Counted from the first letter of the stretch, positions 30,814 through 40,363 are shown. The stretch is 59,183 nt of DNA from Chthoniobacteraceae bacterium (GCA_031409335.1 JANNWY010000230.1:1-59183), one strand, 5' to 3'. Notes: a model not told the origin generated them from the letters alone. Made by a program: numbers and translations.

Positions 30814-31488
30814 TCATGCCGACGGCGTTTTACGAAAGCGTGTCCTGGTGCCGAAGCAGAGTCCGCCGAGCATCAGCAGGCCAGCGGTGGCCGGTTCTGG
30901 AACGGAGGGAGTCGAGACGGTGTAGGAAAACCGCTGGACCTGAGTATCGGGGAAGCCCGGGCCCGCGCCTGCGGCAACAGTGTTCGGCGTCAGCTCGATG
31001 GTGTAGATGCCATTTGGCGTCGTTGGCAGCACCAGCAGCATGAGATTGGCAATATGAAAAGTCCCTGCGCCCAGTGGAACGTTGATGTCCGCAAGGCTGC
31101 CGCCTAAGTCGTGATTATTATCGGGATCGAGCGTTGCACTCGCCGCGCCGAGCGCCACGCCATTGGTTGTGATTAAGTCGCTGAAAGGAGAGCCCGTGAT
31201 ATCGCGACCGATGAGCCGGAAATGTTCATTGCCAATACTCGCGGTGGGATCGGTTAGAAAATAGGTCAAACCCGTGGTTTGATCACCACCGGATATAAGC
31301 GTCACATTGATCGAAAACGGCTGCCCGGCATCTCCAGAACCGACGCTCGGGGTTCCATCATTGTCCGTGAGTGTGACCATGACTGCTGAATGGCCGATGC
31401 CTGCCGCAAGGAGCAGCGCGGCAATGCTGCCAGTTAGAGTTAGTATCCGTTTGGTGTGTCCGGCTTGGTAGGTGTTTGTGTTGTTCAT
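30814..31488 (-). CDS. PEP-CTERM protein with a single beta-sandwich domain, possibly cohesin-like
   Basis: Signal peptide; about 160-aa beta-rich domain (FSINVTL, GTFHIANLMLLV, GIYTIEL); VPEP + hydrophobic helix + basic tail. Confidence 0.75.
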   Translation of the reverse strand: MNNTNTYQAGHTKRILTLTGSIAALLLAAGIGHSAVMVTLTDNDGTPSVGSGDAGQPFSINVTLISGGDQTTGLTYFLTDPTASIGNEHFRLIGRDITGSPFSDLITTNGVALGAASATLDPDNNHDLGGSLADINVPLGAGTFHIANLMLLVLPTTPNGIYTIELTPNTVAAGAGPGFPDTQVQRFSYTVSTPSVPEPATAGLLMLGGLCFGTRTRFRKTPSA

Positions 31489-31528
31489 ATGTTTTGGGTG
31501 GAGTTGCGGATGAGTTCTGAGTCTGAAA

Positions 31529-34507
31529 CTAGGGAAGGGAATTGCCGGATTTAGATTTGGCTATGTTCACATCGGAGATATTGATCGTGCCAGAGGCGTT
31601 CAAATCCCGCCGGAAATTCGTCCCATCCACCGTGCCGGGCGATGCGCCCGCCTTGACGAGGTTGATGTCGGAAACGTTGACGCTGCTGCCCGCGTTGACA
31701 TCACCGTGAAGGACCTTGAAGCGGAGCACGGGAATCAACGTCGCACCATTCACGTCCGTCACTCCATTCAGCGTGACTTCGAGTGGTTGCACGTCATTCA
31801 CGCCTGCGAGGCTGACTGCGATTTCGTTGCCGCTGATACTTGAGATGTTTGCTGTCGGGACCCCGGATGCACCAGTAACAGTCACTCCACTTGCGCTTGC
31901 GATATTACTGCTGAACGCAAACACAAGGCTGTAGGCGGGGCCAGTGCGGCATTCGATGCCTCCGCCAGCGAGCGGCAGCGCAATATCGAATGTGCCGGCT
32001 CCGCCGTGGGGTTTCCTGGAAACGACACCAGTTACTTGCAGCAAAGGAGCGGTGCAGCACGCGGGCAACGCTGTCGTAATGCCCAGCGTGAATCCGCCGG
32101 CGACCGTGCCGAGATCACCGGCGGCGGTGTCGTTGATAAATAGTGACCAAGTGCCGTTCGGATTCAGACCATTGTAAGCGGATAGCAATGAACCATACGG
32201 GCCGATGGGCGCGGGCGCAGGGAGCGTGTTGCTGGAAAAGCTGCTGGGTGTGTAGGTTCCAGTCGTGATCGTCGAACCCGAAGGCAGCCCTGAGCCGGCT
32301 GAGTCATCGAAAGTGAGGGTGACATTGCTCACAGGGAATCCACCGCCAGCGGCTGACATCAGCATCACTTTCTGCCCAGCAGGTCCGGTCAGCAGGACAT
32401 CGAAATCCGCTGGGAAGGTGTGAGTCAGGCTATTAAGTCGCGCTGTGACCTTGGTGACTGTGCCGGTTACGCCGGATACGACTCGTGGAGAGGGATACGG
32501 GGACGCCGTGCCAGAGTCGGGGATGCTGATTGCGCCGGCATTGGTAAATGAGGTAGTTGTGGCGGATGTGGTGCCCAAGACGAATGGGAAGCTGACAGTC
32601 CCCAAATTACTCGCACCATCCTGCAGTTGCAGAGTGGCAGTCAAAGTGGCACCACAGATCCCGGTGGCTGTGAATGTGAACGCACGGGTAGCTGAGGCAC
32701 CGCCGACCAGCGCACCATAGTTCTTTGGGGAACTCGGTGCTGCAACCCCACCTGAAACCTGCAAAGTTGCGACTAGATTGGTCGAGGGAAGCGCGCCGAT
32801 ATTTCTCAGTGCAAAGTTAAATGTCACGGTTTCGCCCGGATCGACAGCGCTGTTCGCTGGCGGGCAGTTCTCCGCGAGCAGCGTGGAACTGAATGCCTGA
32901 ATGACCGTGGTGTTCGGCGTGTTGGAAAGCGTCAGGCCCACGGAATAAAGTTGTGCGTTATCAACGCCGTTTCCAAATACTCGGACATAATATGGACCCG
33001 ATCCGCTCGGTAGAGGGGTGGTGGGAATTACTTCGGCCACGCCGGCTGCATTGAGGTTCGCGGTTCCCAAAACGGTGACTCCATTGGTATCGAGCAATTG
33101 GACGCCAAGGTTTGTGATGATTAGTGAATTGAACAGCGTCCCCGCCGAGCAACTCCCGTCGTTGTTTTGGGGTCCTTCGAGGTAAGTGAATCCGACTGGT
33201 GTGATGGTGACCGCGGCGCTCTTGTTTCCCGGAGCCACGGTGAACGAGAAGAAGTCAACGTCGAGGTTGTCATCAATGCTGACATCCTGGACTGAATAGG
33301 TGCCATTCGCCAGCGTGAGTCCCAGGCTGGTGGCGGTTGGCGCGGTATTGTTGTTCTCGGCGCTGTCGCCATAGCCTCGCATACCGCCGAGTCGGTCATC
33401 ATGCTGGGGTCCATCGAAATTAAGGTTGATGAATGGTTCCATCAGTTTGGTATTGTTGGTGGGACAGGTGTGAAACAGGCCGATCCCATGCCCATGTTCG
33501 TGCGAGAGCACATTGCGCAACCTGAGCGAGCTATTGGAGGTATCGCTATAAAAATTGTCGGCCGTGTCGATGACCATGTCGCCCGTATTCGGGAAAAAAT
33601 TATACGCAAGGATGCCGCTGTTCCCGTCGATGAAATGCCCGCCAATGCGAACATCTCCGCGAACTCCCAGCGCACCCCCGCTTCCCGGAAAGGCTGCGCC
33701 GTCGTCGGTGGGTTGATAGACGTAGGTGAGCCCGGTCAGATCGCTCCAGCGATCGAACATCTGCTGATACAACGCCTGCCAGACGGCCTGACTGCCGTAG
33801 ATGCCATTGAGAAACGCGATGAGATTGCTGGGAGCGGACGGTTCGCCCGCGCCATTCGCACCGCCGGGGATGATCGTCCCGTCGGGAATGAAGCTCCACG
33901 TGATCACGGTTGGATCGCCCTGCTGCAATCCGCCTCCGCTCGTCGCCGTTGCTCCCCAACGCGTGCCCAGACGGTAGAGATCAAGGTCGGGCCGCTGATG
34001 CGCCGCATAGAACGCCGCCATGGTGGCTTTCGGAGTTCCGGGCGCAAAACACACCGCGGGAAACACGGCGCTCGTATCGATGCGGCGCGCGTTTGCCGCG
34101 AAATTCTTTCGACGGATCGGAGCGACCGTTACCGATGCGTGATTGAAGGAGGAAACCTCAAGTTTGAGCGACAACAGTTCTGATTCGCCGAGTGAAATGA
34201 CATCCGCCGCATCATCGAGAGTGGAAAATAGACGGAACGGTGCCTCGCCGCCAAAGGGCGCAGAAGTGTCCCCGATTTTGTGCGTTCGCTGGACGAGTTG
34301 CGGTGAATTGCAGCAATTCGCAGCGGATCGATCCACATTGTCAGGCAGCGCACTCTCCGCTATCGCGCCACTGTTGAGCCGCCCGCTGCCTGGGTTTTCT
34401 GCCTGCCGCGTGACCCGCACGGAGCCCGCATCGGAGCAGGCACAGAGCGAGATGAATGCCGCCAACATTGAGATACTCTGCCGTTTGCCAAGTTTGCTTA
34501 TGTTCAT
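31529..34507 (-). CDS. Secreted matrixin (M10-like) zinc metalloprotease with P-domain and C-terminal dockerin-like module
   Basis: HEHGHGIGLFH zinc motif and LMEP Met-turn; P-domain (LTHTFPADFDVLL, NGTWSLFIND); paired GDVN...VNVSD / DLNASGTINISD repeats; AGGAG RBS before ATG 34507. Confidence 0.85.
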   Translation of the reverse strand: MNISKLGKRQSISMLAAFISLCACSDAGSVRVTRQAENPGSGRLNSGAIAESALPDNVDRSAANCCNSPQLVQRTHKIGDTSAPFGGEAPFRLFSTLDDAADVISLGESELLSLKLEVSSFNHASVTVAPIRRKNFAANARRIDTSAVFPAVCFAPGTPKATMAAFYAAHQRPDLDLYRLGTRWGATATSGGGLQQGDPTVITWSFIPDGTIIPGGANGAGEPSAPSNLIAFLNGIYGSQAVWQALYQQMFDRWSDLTGLTYVYQPTDDGAAFPGSGGALGVRGDVRIGGHFIDGNSGILAYNFFPNTGDMVIDTADNFYSDTSNSSLRLRNVLSHEHGHGIGLFHTCPTNNTKLMEPFINLNFDGPQHDDRLGGMRGYGDSAENNNTAPTATSLGLTLANGTYSVQDVSIDDNLDVDFFSFTVAPGNKSAAVTITPVGFTYLEGPQNNDGSCSAGTLFNSLIITNLGVQLLDTNGVTVLGTANLNAAGVAEVIPTTPLPSGSGPYYVRVFGNGVDNAQLYSVGLTLSNTPNTTVIQAFSSTLLAENCPPANSAVDPGETVTFNFALRNIGALPSTNLVATLQVSGGVAAPSSPKNYGALVGGASATRAFTFTATGICGATLTATLQLQDGASNLGTVSFPFVLGTTSATTTSFTNAGAISIPDSGTASPYPSPRVVSGVTGTVTKVTARLNSLTHTFPADFDVLLTGPAGQKVMLMSAAGGGFPVSNVTLTFDDSAGSGLPSGSTITTGTYTPSSFSSNTLPAPAPIGPYGSLLSAYNGLNPNGTWSLFINDTAAGDLGTVAGGFTLGITTALPACCTAPLLQVTGVVSRKPHGGAGTFDIALPLAGGGIECRTGPAYSLVFAFSSNIASASGVTVTGASGVPTANISSISGNEIAVSLAGVNDVQPLEVTLNGVTDVNGATLIPVLRFKVLHGDVNAGSSVNVSDINLVKAGASPGTVDGTNFRRDLNASGTINISDVNIAKSKSGNSLP

Positions 34508-34715
34508 AATCGACTCCTGTTGTTTTAACATTCCTGAATCCCAACCGATATTGATCCAAACCACCCACTTACCCAGCAAGTGTCTGCGGTGGGGAACTGA
34601 AGACAGTGAATGCGGGCGAGCACCTGTTCGTCAATCAGTTTCGCACCGAATTCTGATAAACGAATTACCACGCGGGGTGGATTCGTCTCACGGGCAAAAG
34701 CCCAGGTCTGCAGGT

Positions 34716-36476
34716 TCAGCTTGGAACCGTCACTATCGCACCCTGGCTCTGATTCAGGTAGGAGCCGCTCGCCGTCCATTCCAGCTTCACCGCGCGAACC
34801 ATGAATGTCCTCGTGCGTGTCGATTTTAATACGCTGAAACGCCTTGCGACAACCGGCACCGTGGTGAGTCTGCGAAATGGGCCGCCCGGCGCAAGCGATA
34901 CATAGATGTGATAGCCAGCGATTGTATCAGGCGATGGGTCCCAACGTAGCAGGCTGGTCGTCGGACTATCCTTCAGAGTGTGAAGACTCCGCGGTGGCGC
35001 GATTGGGTGCAGCCTCAACGTAGGATCACCCATCAGCGAAACGTGCATTTCGTTGACGCCGATATTGAAAGTTCCCAACATGTTGCTGTTTTGTGTTAGT
35101 CGCGTGCAATAGCCAATGGTTTCTCCGAGACCCATCGGGTAAAGGTGCCAGTGCGGGCGGCCCGCCCACACGGCTGCGAGGCTGGTGCCCCGTCCGGCAA
35201 GCGGCGCGCGAAGCAAATTGTCGGTGGTATCCCAGTCTCCGAAATAGCTGCCGAAAAGGAGGACGAAGACAGCATTCAAATCTTGGGTGGCGAAATCGCC
35301 GGTCGAAACGAGGCCGTGGATCGAAGAGTAGTCGGCGGTCCCACATCCGTAGGCCCACAGCCAGTTTTGCGATTGCAACGCGCTGAGCCAGGTGCCGGTG
35401 AAGGTGTTTTGCAGGGAGATGAGCGGGGTGAAATTGCGCCAGCCATCCACGGCAAATGCTTCGTTCACAAACGCGCCGAAGCGGTCGTCGATGAGTCCGC
35501 GCGGCGGGATGGAAACCAGCTTGTGGCGATAGGCGTGGTTCTTGTCGAGATAGCGGCGCAGCAGCTCCGTCTCGGATTCCGGGAAAGCCGGCAGATTCGA
35601 CAAATCCACGCGGCCGACCTGCAGCTCCACATTTGCCAAGCCATTGACCGATGGGATCAGCGTGGCGTCATATTTTCCGTCGCCGGGAACGTTGTGGTTT
35701 TCGGGTCGCGTGGCGATCGTGCGATTTACAGTTTCATCCGTATATGTGCCGTCCATATCTCCATAAAAAGCATCCGCGGGCCAGGCACCCAGGTGATCGC
35801 GATGACCGTCGGGATTAAGATCGCCGGAGTATGGGACGGGGACATGGCCGAAAAGAAAGACTGCCGTAACCCGCGAAGGGTCGGCGTCGTAGTCGGCCTT
35901 GATCAGCGCCTTGATCTCCGGAACCGGCGCGGTGCGGCTCACATCGTGGCGCAACACTTCCCAGCCATCGCCCACTAGATCCTGCACGAGACGCGCCAAC
36001 TCATCTTCGAGACCGGGCGCAATCGTCTCATCCACCAGCAGCACGAGCTTTCCGCGATCGCCAACTGGACGCACTGCCATCCCCGCCTGAATGAAGCCAT
36101 AACCCGTATAGGAAGTCGTAACTTCACGGGCGCTCTTTTGAATGCGGTATTCGTAGGCAATGCCTCTTACCACATTTCGATCGAGATAACTCGTCGCCGT
36201 GCCGCTCAGGGCAGGCATGGCTGTCCACGCTTGCTGGCGCGCCAGCCGCCGCGACACGATATACTCGATCGCATTGGGATCGAGCGGCCAGCTTAACAGG
36301 ATATACGTGCCGGTTCTCGAAACCCGCGCGGTGACGGGCACCGCGTAGTCCAATGGCTCAATCGCCCCAGCGCTGGTGCTGAAAAGGATCGCGCCTAGGA
36401 TGGCGACCCATCTGCTGGCGACGCGGAAGCGGACTGCCGATATGGAGGAAAGTTGGCCCACAGGCAGCAATCGCAC
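34716..36476 (-). CDS. Secreted protein with Fn3-like ends and a central gingipain/peptidase C25-like region (start uncertain)
   Basis: LFGHVPVPY, AD.FYGDMDG, VGRV, LMGDPTLR motifs; LSW/LRW...GYHIY Fn3-like flanks. Confidence 0.6.
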   Translation of the reverse strand: MRLLPVGQLSSISAVRFRVASRWVAILGAILFSTSAGAIEPLDYAVPVTARVSRTGTYILLSWPLDPNAIEYIVSRRLARQQAWTAMPALSGTATSYLDRNVVRGIAYEYRIQKSAREVTTSYTGYGFIQAGMAVRPVGDRGKLVLLVDETIAPGLEDELARLVQDLVGDGWEVLRHDVSRTAPVPEIKALIKADYDADPSRVTAVFLFGHVPVPYSGDLNPDGHRDHLGAWPADAFYGDMDGTYTDETVNRTIATRPENHNVPGDGKYDATLIPSVNGLANVELQVGRVDLSNLPAFPESETELLRRYLDKNHAYRHKLVSIPPRGLIDDRFGAFVNEAFAVDGWRNFTPLISLQNTFTGTWLSALQSQNWLWAYGCGTADYSSIHGLVSTGDFATQDLNAVFVLLFGSYFGDWDTTDNLLRAPLAGRGTSLAAVWAGRPHWHLYPMGLGETIGYCTRLTQNSNMLGTFNIGVNEMHVSLMGDPTLRLHPIAPPRSLHTLKDSPTTSLLRWDPSPDTIAGYHIYVSLAPGGPFRRLTTVPVVARRFSVLKSTRTRTFMVRAVKLEWTASGSYLNQSQGAIVTVPS

Positions 36477-36516
36477 TGGCCTGCGATGGTGGTCAAGCTG
36501 CTTTCCGAAGGCGCGG

Positions 36517-36996
36517 CTACACGATCGCCGCTGCCTTTTCCGCGTCGAAAAATGGCGCGTAAAGCTCGCGATGGCGCTGCAACGTTCGACGGAAAACGGG
36601 GCGGAGCGTCATGACATCGGGCAGGCCGATGACGAGATCGACGCTTGCCGCGAAGGACTGCATCGCGTCGCCAGTCGCGAATTGCGAGCCGATCAGGACG
36701 ATGAACTGTCGGCGGCGCTGCGCCGGTGGAACGCCGGTGGCGGTGAGGTAAATCGGGCAGGTCTCGTAGTGGACGGCGTTGAAATTCGCCGAAAGCACGA
36801 TGACGTCGTAGTGATGCGTGCGCATCTTCAGCAGGATGTCATCGGGGTAAAGGCCGGTGTGGATTTTGTAATTCAGCTCGCTGAATTGCGCAACGATGAG
36901 GTCGCGAACTTCGGGCACGTCGTGGCAGACGAGCAGGGTAAGATCGCCGGGTTCAAACAGGTCCAGCCGGTTGCCGCTTTCCATCGTCGTGATCAT
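36517..36996 (-). CDS. Hypothetical receiver-like protein coupled to the pilT operon
   Basis: ATGA overlap with the upstream gene; alternating beta/alpha pattern (LLVC, YDVIVL, FIVLIG). Confidence 0.65.
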   Translation of the reverse strand: MITTMESGNRLDLFEPGDLTLLVCHDVPEVRDLIVAQFSELNYKIHTGLYPDDILLKMRTHHYDVIVLSANFNAVHYETCPIYLTATGVPPAQRRRQFIVLIGSQFATGDAMQSFAASVDLVIGLPDVMTLRPVFRRTLQRHRELYAPFFDAEKAAAIV

Positions 36997-38195
36997 TTGG
37001 CGTTGATGCGAAGGTTCGAGTTTGATTCCGACTTCGTCGCGGAGGCGTCGAGATCGAGGCGCAGGCCGAGCGGCTTTTCATCCACGAGGCCGCGCGCCTT
37101 GTTGATGTCGTCGATGTAGCGCGTCATGCGCGCCTTGTTGGTCGCGTAGAGATCGGCGACTTCGGCGTTGATGCTTCCGTCGGCGTAGCTGCGTCCGAGT
37201 GATTGATCGAAGGTCGTCCATCCGAACGTCGCGTTTGCCTCGACGATGTCGTAAAAGCTGCGCGCCTCGCCTTCGCCGAGATTGATCGTCTCGCGAACCC
37301 GGAGATTCGAGCCGATGATTTCATTCACGAGCGCGCGTCCGCCGCTCACTTTCGGCACAAGCCGCTGGCTCACCACCCAGCGCAGCGTGTCCGCGAGCCG
37401 CGTGCGGAGCTGGCCTTCCTCTTCACGCGCAAACATCCCGAGGATGCGGTTGATCGCCTGGCCGGCGTTGATCGTGTGAATCGTGCTGAGCACGAGATGG
37501 CCGGTCTCTGCCGCGGTCAGCGCGATCTCGACCGTCTCGCGATCACGCATTTCGCCGACGAGAATCACCTTAGGCGCCTGTCGCAGCGCAGATCGCAGCC
37601 CACTCGGGAAGGAGTGAAAGTCGGTGCCCAGTTCGCGTTGGTTGAAGGTCGCCTTCTTGTGCTCGTGGACGAATTCGATCGGGTCTTCCAGCGTCACGAC
37701 ATGCACGGCCTGCTGGGCGTTAATCTCGTCGAGCATCGCGGAAAGCGTCGTCGTCTTGCCGCTGCCAGTCGCGCCGGTCACGAGGATGAGCCCGTTTTTC
37801 TCGCGGCACATTTCGTGGAAGATCGGCTGAAGCCCGAGCGATTCGATCGACGGCATTTCCTTCTGCATCTTGCGCATCACGATGGCGAAATTGCCGCGCT
37901 GTTTGAAAATGTTGACGCGAAACCGCGCGCGATCATCCAGCGCGTAACTGCAATCGCACGCCCCGCGCTGCAAGAGTTCGCGAAACAGCCGTGTGTCACC
38001 GCCGATCAATTGCATCGCGATCTGCTCGGTTTGATACGGCGAGAGTTGGGAAAGGCGCGGCTGGATGCTGGCGGGAACGAGCTGGCCGAAGGTTTCGACC
38101 TGAAAGGGTCGGCCTACGGTGAAATTGAGGTCTGAGATGCCATCATGCGTTTCGAGCATGTCGGCGAGGATGCAGTCTAGTTCAGTGCGGCGCAT
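36993..38195 (-). CDS. PilT/PilU-family type IV pilus retraction ATPase
   Basis: GATGSGKTT, EDPIE, ALRQAPKVILVGEMRD, ETGHLVLSTIHT. Confidence 0.92.
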   Translation of the reverse strand: MRRTELDCILADMLETHDGISDLNFTVGRPFQVETFGQLVPASIQPRLSQLSPYQTEQIAMQLIGGDTRLFRELLQRGACDCSYALDDRARFRVNIFKQRGNFAIVMRKMQKEMPSIESLGLQPIFHEMCREKNGLILVTGATGSGKTTTLSAMLDEINAQQAVHVVTLEDPIEFVHEHKKATFNQRELGTDFHSFPSGLRSALRQAPKVILVGEMRDRETVEIALTAAETGHLVLSTIHTINAGQAINRILGMFAREEEGQLRTRLADTLRWVVSQRLVPKVSGGRALVNEIIGSNLRVRETINLGEGEARSFYDIVEANATFGWTTFDQSLGRSYADGSINAEVADLYATNKARMTRYIDDINKARGLVDEKPLGLRLDLDASATKSESNSNLRINAK

Positions 38196-38197
38196 AA

Positions 38198-38240
38198 GTC
38201 ACATGGGTCACATGGGTCACATAGGTCATATAGGACTTAT
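38198..38240. repeat. 9-bp tandem repeat (GTCACATGG/GTCACATAG, about 4.7 copies)
   Basis: Fills almost the whole pilT intergenic gap. Confidence 0.85.
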
Positions 38241-39320
38241 CTAGTCTTCAAAGTCATCCGGCGGGCTCTTGAGGAAGACGCGGAATTTCTTCTTGTCGAT
38301 GGCTTTCTCGTAAGCCTCCTCGGGCGAGATCGTCGCCTTGCGCAGATGCTCCATGATGGCGTCGTCGAGCGGTTGGTTACCCTTCTTTTTACCGACCTGC
38401 ATCATGCCGGGAATCTGGTGGGTCTTGGCTTCGCGAATGAGGTTCGCGATGGGTGTATCGACGACCAGCACTTCGAGCGCGGCGACACGGCCGGGCTTGT
38501 CGATGCGTCGGAAGAGATTCTGCGCGACGACGCCTTTGAGTGATTCGGAAAGGCCGGCGCGCACCTGATTTTGCTGGTTCGCGGGAAAGACGTCGATGAC
38601 GCGGTCGATGGTTTTCGGCGCGCTCGGCGTGTGCAGCGTTCCGAAGACGAGATGGCCCGTCGCGGCGGCGGTGAGCGCGAGTTCGATGGTTTCCAAGTCG
38701 CGCATTTCACCAACGAGCACGATGTCCGGGTCTTCACGCAAGGCACCGCGCAGAGCTGAGGCGAACGATTTCGTATGCACGCCGACTTCGCGATGATTCA
38801 CGAGCGATTGCTGGCTGCGATGCACGAACTCGATCGGGTCCTCGACGGTGATGATGTGATCCTTCCGATGCAAATTCGCCCAATCGACCATCGCGGCGAG
38901 CGTGGTCGATTTGCCGGAGCCCGTTGGCCCCGTCACGAGTACGAGCCCCTTTTTCAACATCGAGAATTTTTTCAGCACCGGTGGCAGGCCGAGTTCATCC
39001 GCCGTCAGCACTTTGCTCGGGATGAGTCGGAACACGGCGGCGATGCCCGTGCGCTGGTTGAAGAAGTTCGCGCGGAAGCGGGCGAAGCCGGGATATTCGT
39101 AGCCGAAATCCACGTCGCCAGTTTCCTCGAACACTTTGATTTTCACCTCCGGCGCGATCTCATAGACGAGCGCCTTGAGGTCATCGTTTTCGAGCGGCGG
39201 CATATCCACGCGGACGAGTTCGCCGTGGATGCGGAGCATCGGTGGATTGCCGGTGGAAAGGTGAAGGTCAGAGGCGCTCTGCTCCTTCATGAACTTGAAG
39301 AATGAATCAATACGGGCCAT
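38241..39320 (-). CDS. pilT: Type IV pilus twitching motility ATPase PilT
   Basis: ASDLHL, GPTGSGKSTTLAAM, ALREDPD, GTLHT, NLIREAKTHQ. Confidence 0.95.
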   Translation of the reverse strand: MARIDSFFKFMKEQSASDLHLSTGNPPMLRIHGELVRVDMPPLENDDLKALVYEIAPEVKIKVFEETGDVDFGYEYPGFARFRANFFNQRTGIAAVFRLIPSKVLTADELGLPPVLKKFSMLKKGLVLVTGPTGSGKSTTLAAMVDWANLHRKDHIITVEDPIEFVHRSQQSLVNHREVGVHTKSFASALRGALREDPDIVLVGEMRDLETIELALTAAATGHLVFGTLHTPSAPKTIDRVIDVFPANQQNQVRAGLSESLKGVVAQNLFRRIDKPGRVAALEVLVVDTPIANLIREAKTHQIPGMMQVGKKKGNQPLDDAIMEHLRKATISPEEAYEKAIDKKKFRVFLKSPPDDFED

Positions 39321-39336
39321 ATCGCGGAGCTGACAT

Positions 39337-39352
39337 AGCTAGTGCGATGCCA
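39337..39352 (-). promoter_or_regulatory. Putative sigma-54 -24/-12 promoter for pilT
   Basis: Minus strand TGGCATCGCACTAGCT has GG-N10-GC spacing just upstream of the pilT ATG. Confidence 0.5.
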
Positions 39353-39407
39353 CGGGAGGGTCGGGAAAAATTTCAGCTTCCAAGAGCCGGATTAAAAACT
39401 CGAAGGG

Positions 39408-39483
39408 CCAAATTCCGAATCCCAGAGCCGCTCGCAGGCGCGCACTGGAATCTGGGATTTGGCCCTTGGAGATCGGAAATTTA
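39408..39483. repeat. Inverted degenerate heptamer arrays forming a possible stem-loop
   Basis: CCAAATTCCGAATCCCAGA opposite TGGAATCTGGGATTTGG...TTGGAGATCGGAAATTT. Confidence 0.55.
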
Positions 39484-39488
39484 AGCAC

Positions 39489-40202
39489 TTACGCCACGCG
39501 GCGGTTGGTGCGTTCGGTATTGATGGCGTCGAGGGTGGCGCGGATTTGCGCGAGCAGTTTTTGCTGCGTGTAGGGCTTTGGGATGAAGCCGCGCAGGCCT
39601 TTCGCGAGCATGGCGCGGAGGCGATCCTGCTCGGCGAAGCCGCTGCTGAGGACGACGGGCACCTTGGGATTGATCTCCAGCAGTTCGTGGAAAACGTCCG
39701 ATCCATCCATCACGGGCATGGTGAAATCGAGGATGACCAGCGAGATTTGGTCGCGCAGTTTGCGGTAGATTTCGATCGCTTGGAAACCATCGCGAGCCGT
39801 CACGACGCGGTAGCCTTCATCGGCCAGGACACGCTGCGCGAGCATCGTCACGAGGTCTTCGTCGTCCACGATCATCACGAGTTCGCGTTCGCCGACGGGG
39901 TTTGCGATTTTCACGTCTGTCGCGCCGTTCGTCACGGTGGAGAAGACTGGCGTTTTCGCGGTCGCCGGCGCGGCTGGCTCCGGCTCCTCGACGCTGTAGC
40001 CGCCGACGCGATCGACCATCATGCGTCCGACTCTGGTCGCGCGGTCGATGCCGTCGCGCAGGATTCCGAAATATTTTTCGCTGTCGGAACTGCTGACCTG
40101 GATCATCTCCAGAAACTGGCTCGATTCCGAAATCACCTGCAGGAGGTTATTCAGCTCGTTGGCCGTCGATTTCACCCACCGGATCTCTTCAGTATCCAGC
40201 AT
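39489..40202 (-). CDS. Response regulator receiver with N-terminal degenerate HisKA-like helices
   Basis: MIVDDE, LDFTMPVMDG, LSSG, FIPKPY; N-terminus STANELNNLLQVI. Confidence 0.85.
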   Translation of the reverse strand: MLDTEEIRWVKSTANELNNLLQVISESSQFLEMIQVSSSDSEKYFGILRDGIDRATRVGRMMVDRVGGYSVEEPEPAAPATAKTPVFSTVTNGATDVKIANPVGERELVMIVDDEDLVTMLAQRVLADEGYRVVTARDGFQAIEIYRKLRDQISLVILDFTMPVMDGSDVFHELLEINPKVPVVLSSGFAEQDRLRAMLAKGLRGFIPKPYTQQKLLAQIRATLDAINTERTNRRVA

Positions 40203-40363
40203 GGCAAGTGTTCGTTTCGTGTTTTACGCTCCTTCGTCCCGGCAAGCCCACCACACACAGCCGAGGAAGGCTGCGACGACGAAAGTAAACATCCCTAAAG
40301 TCAGCATATTGGCGCGAGTGTTGCCTCATAATGGGAACGAAGGTCAACAGTTTTCATGCCCGT

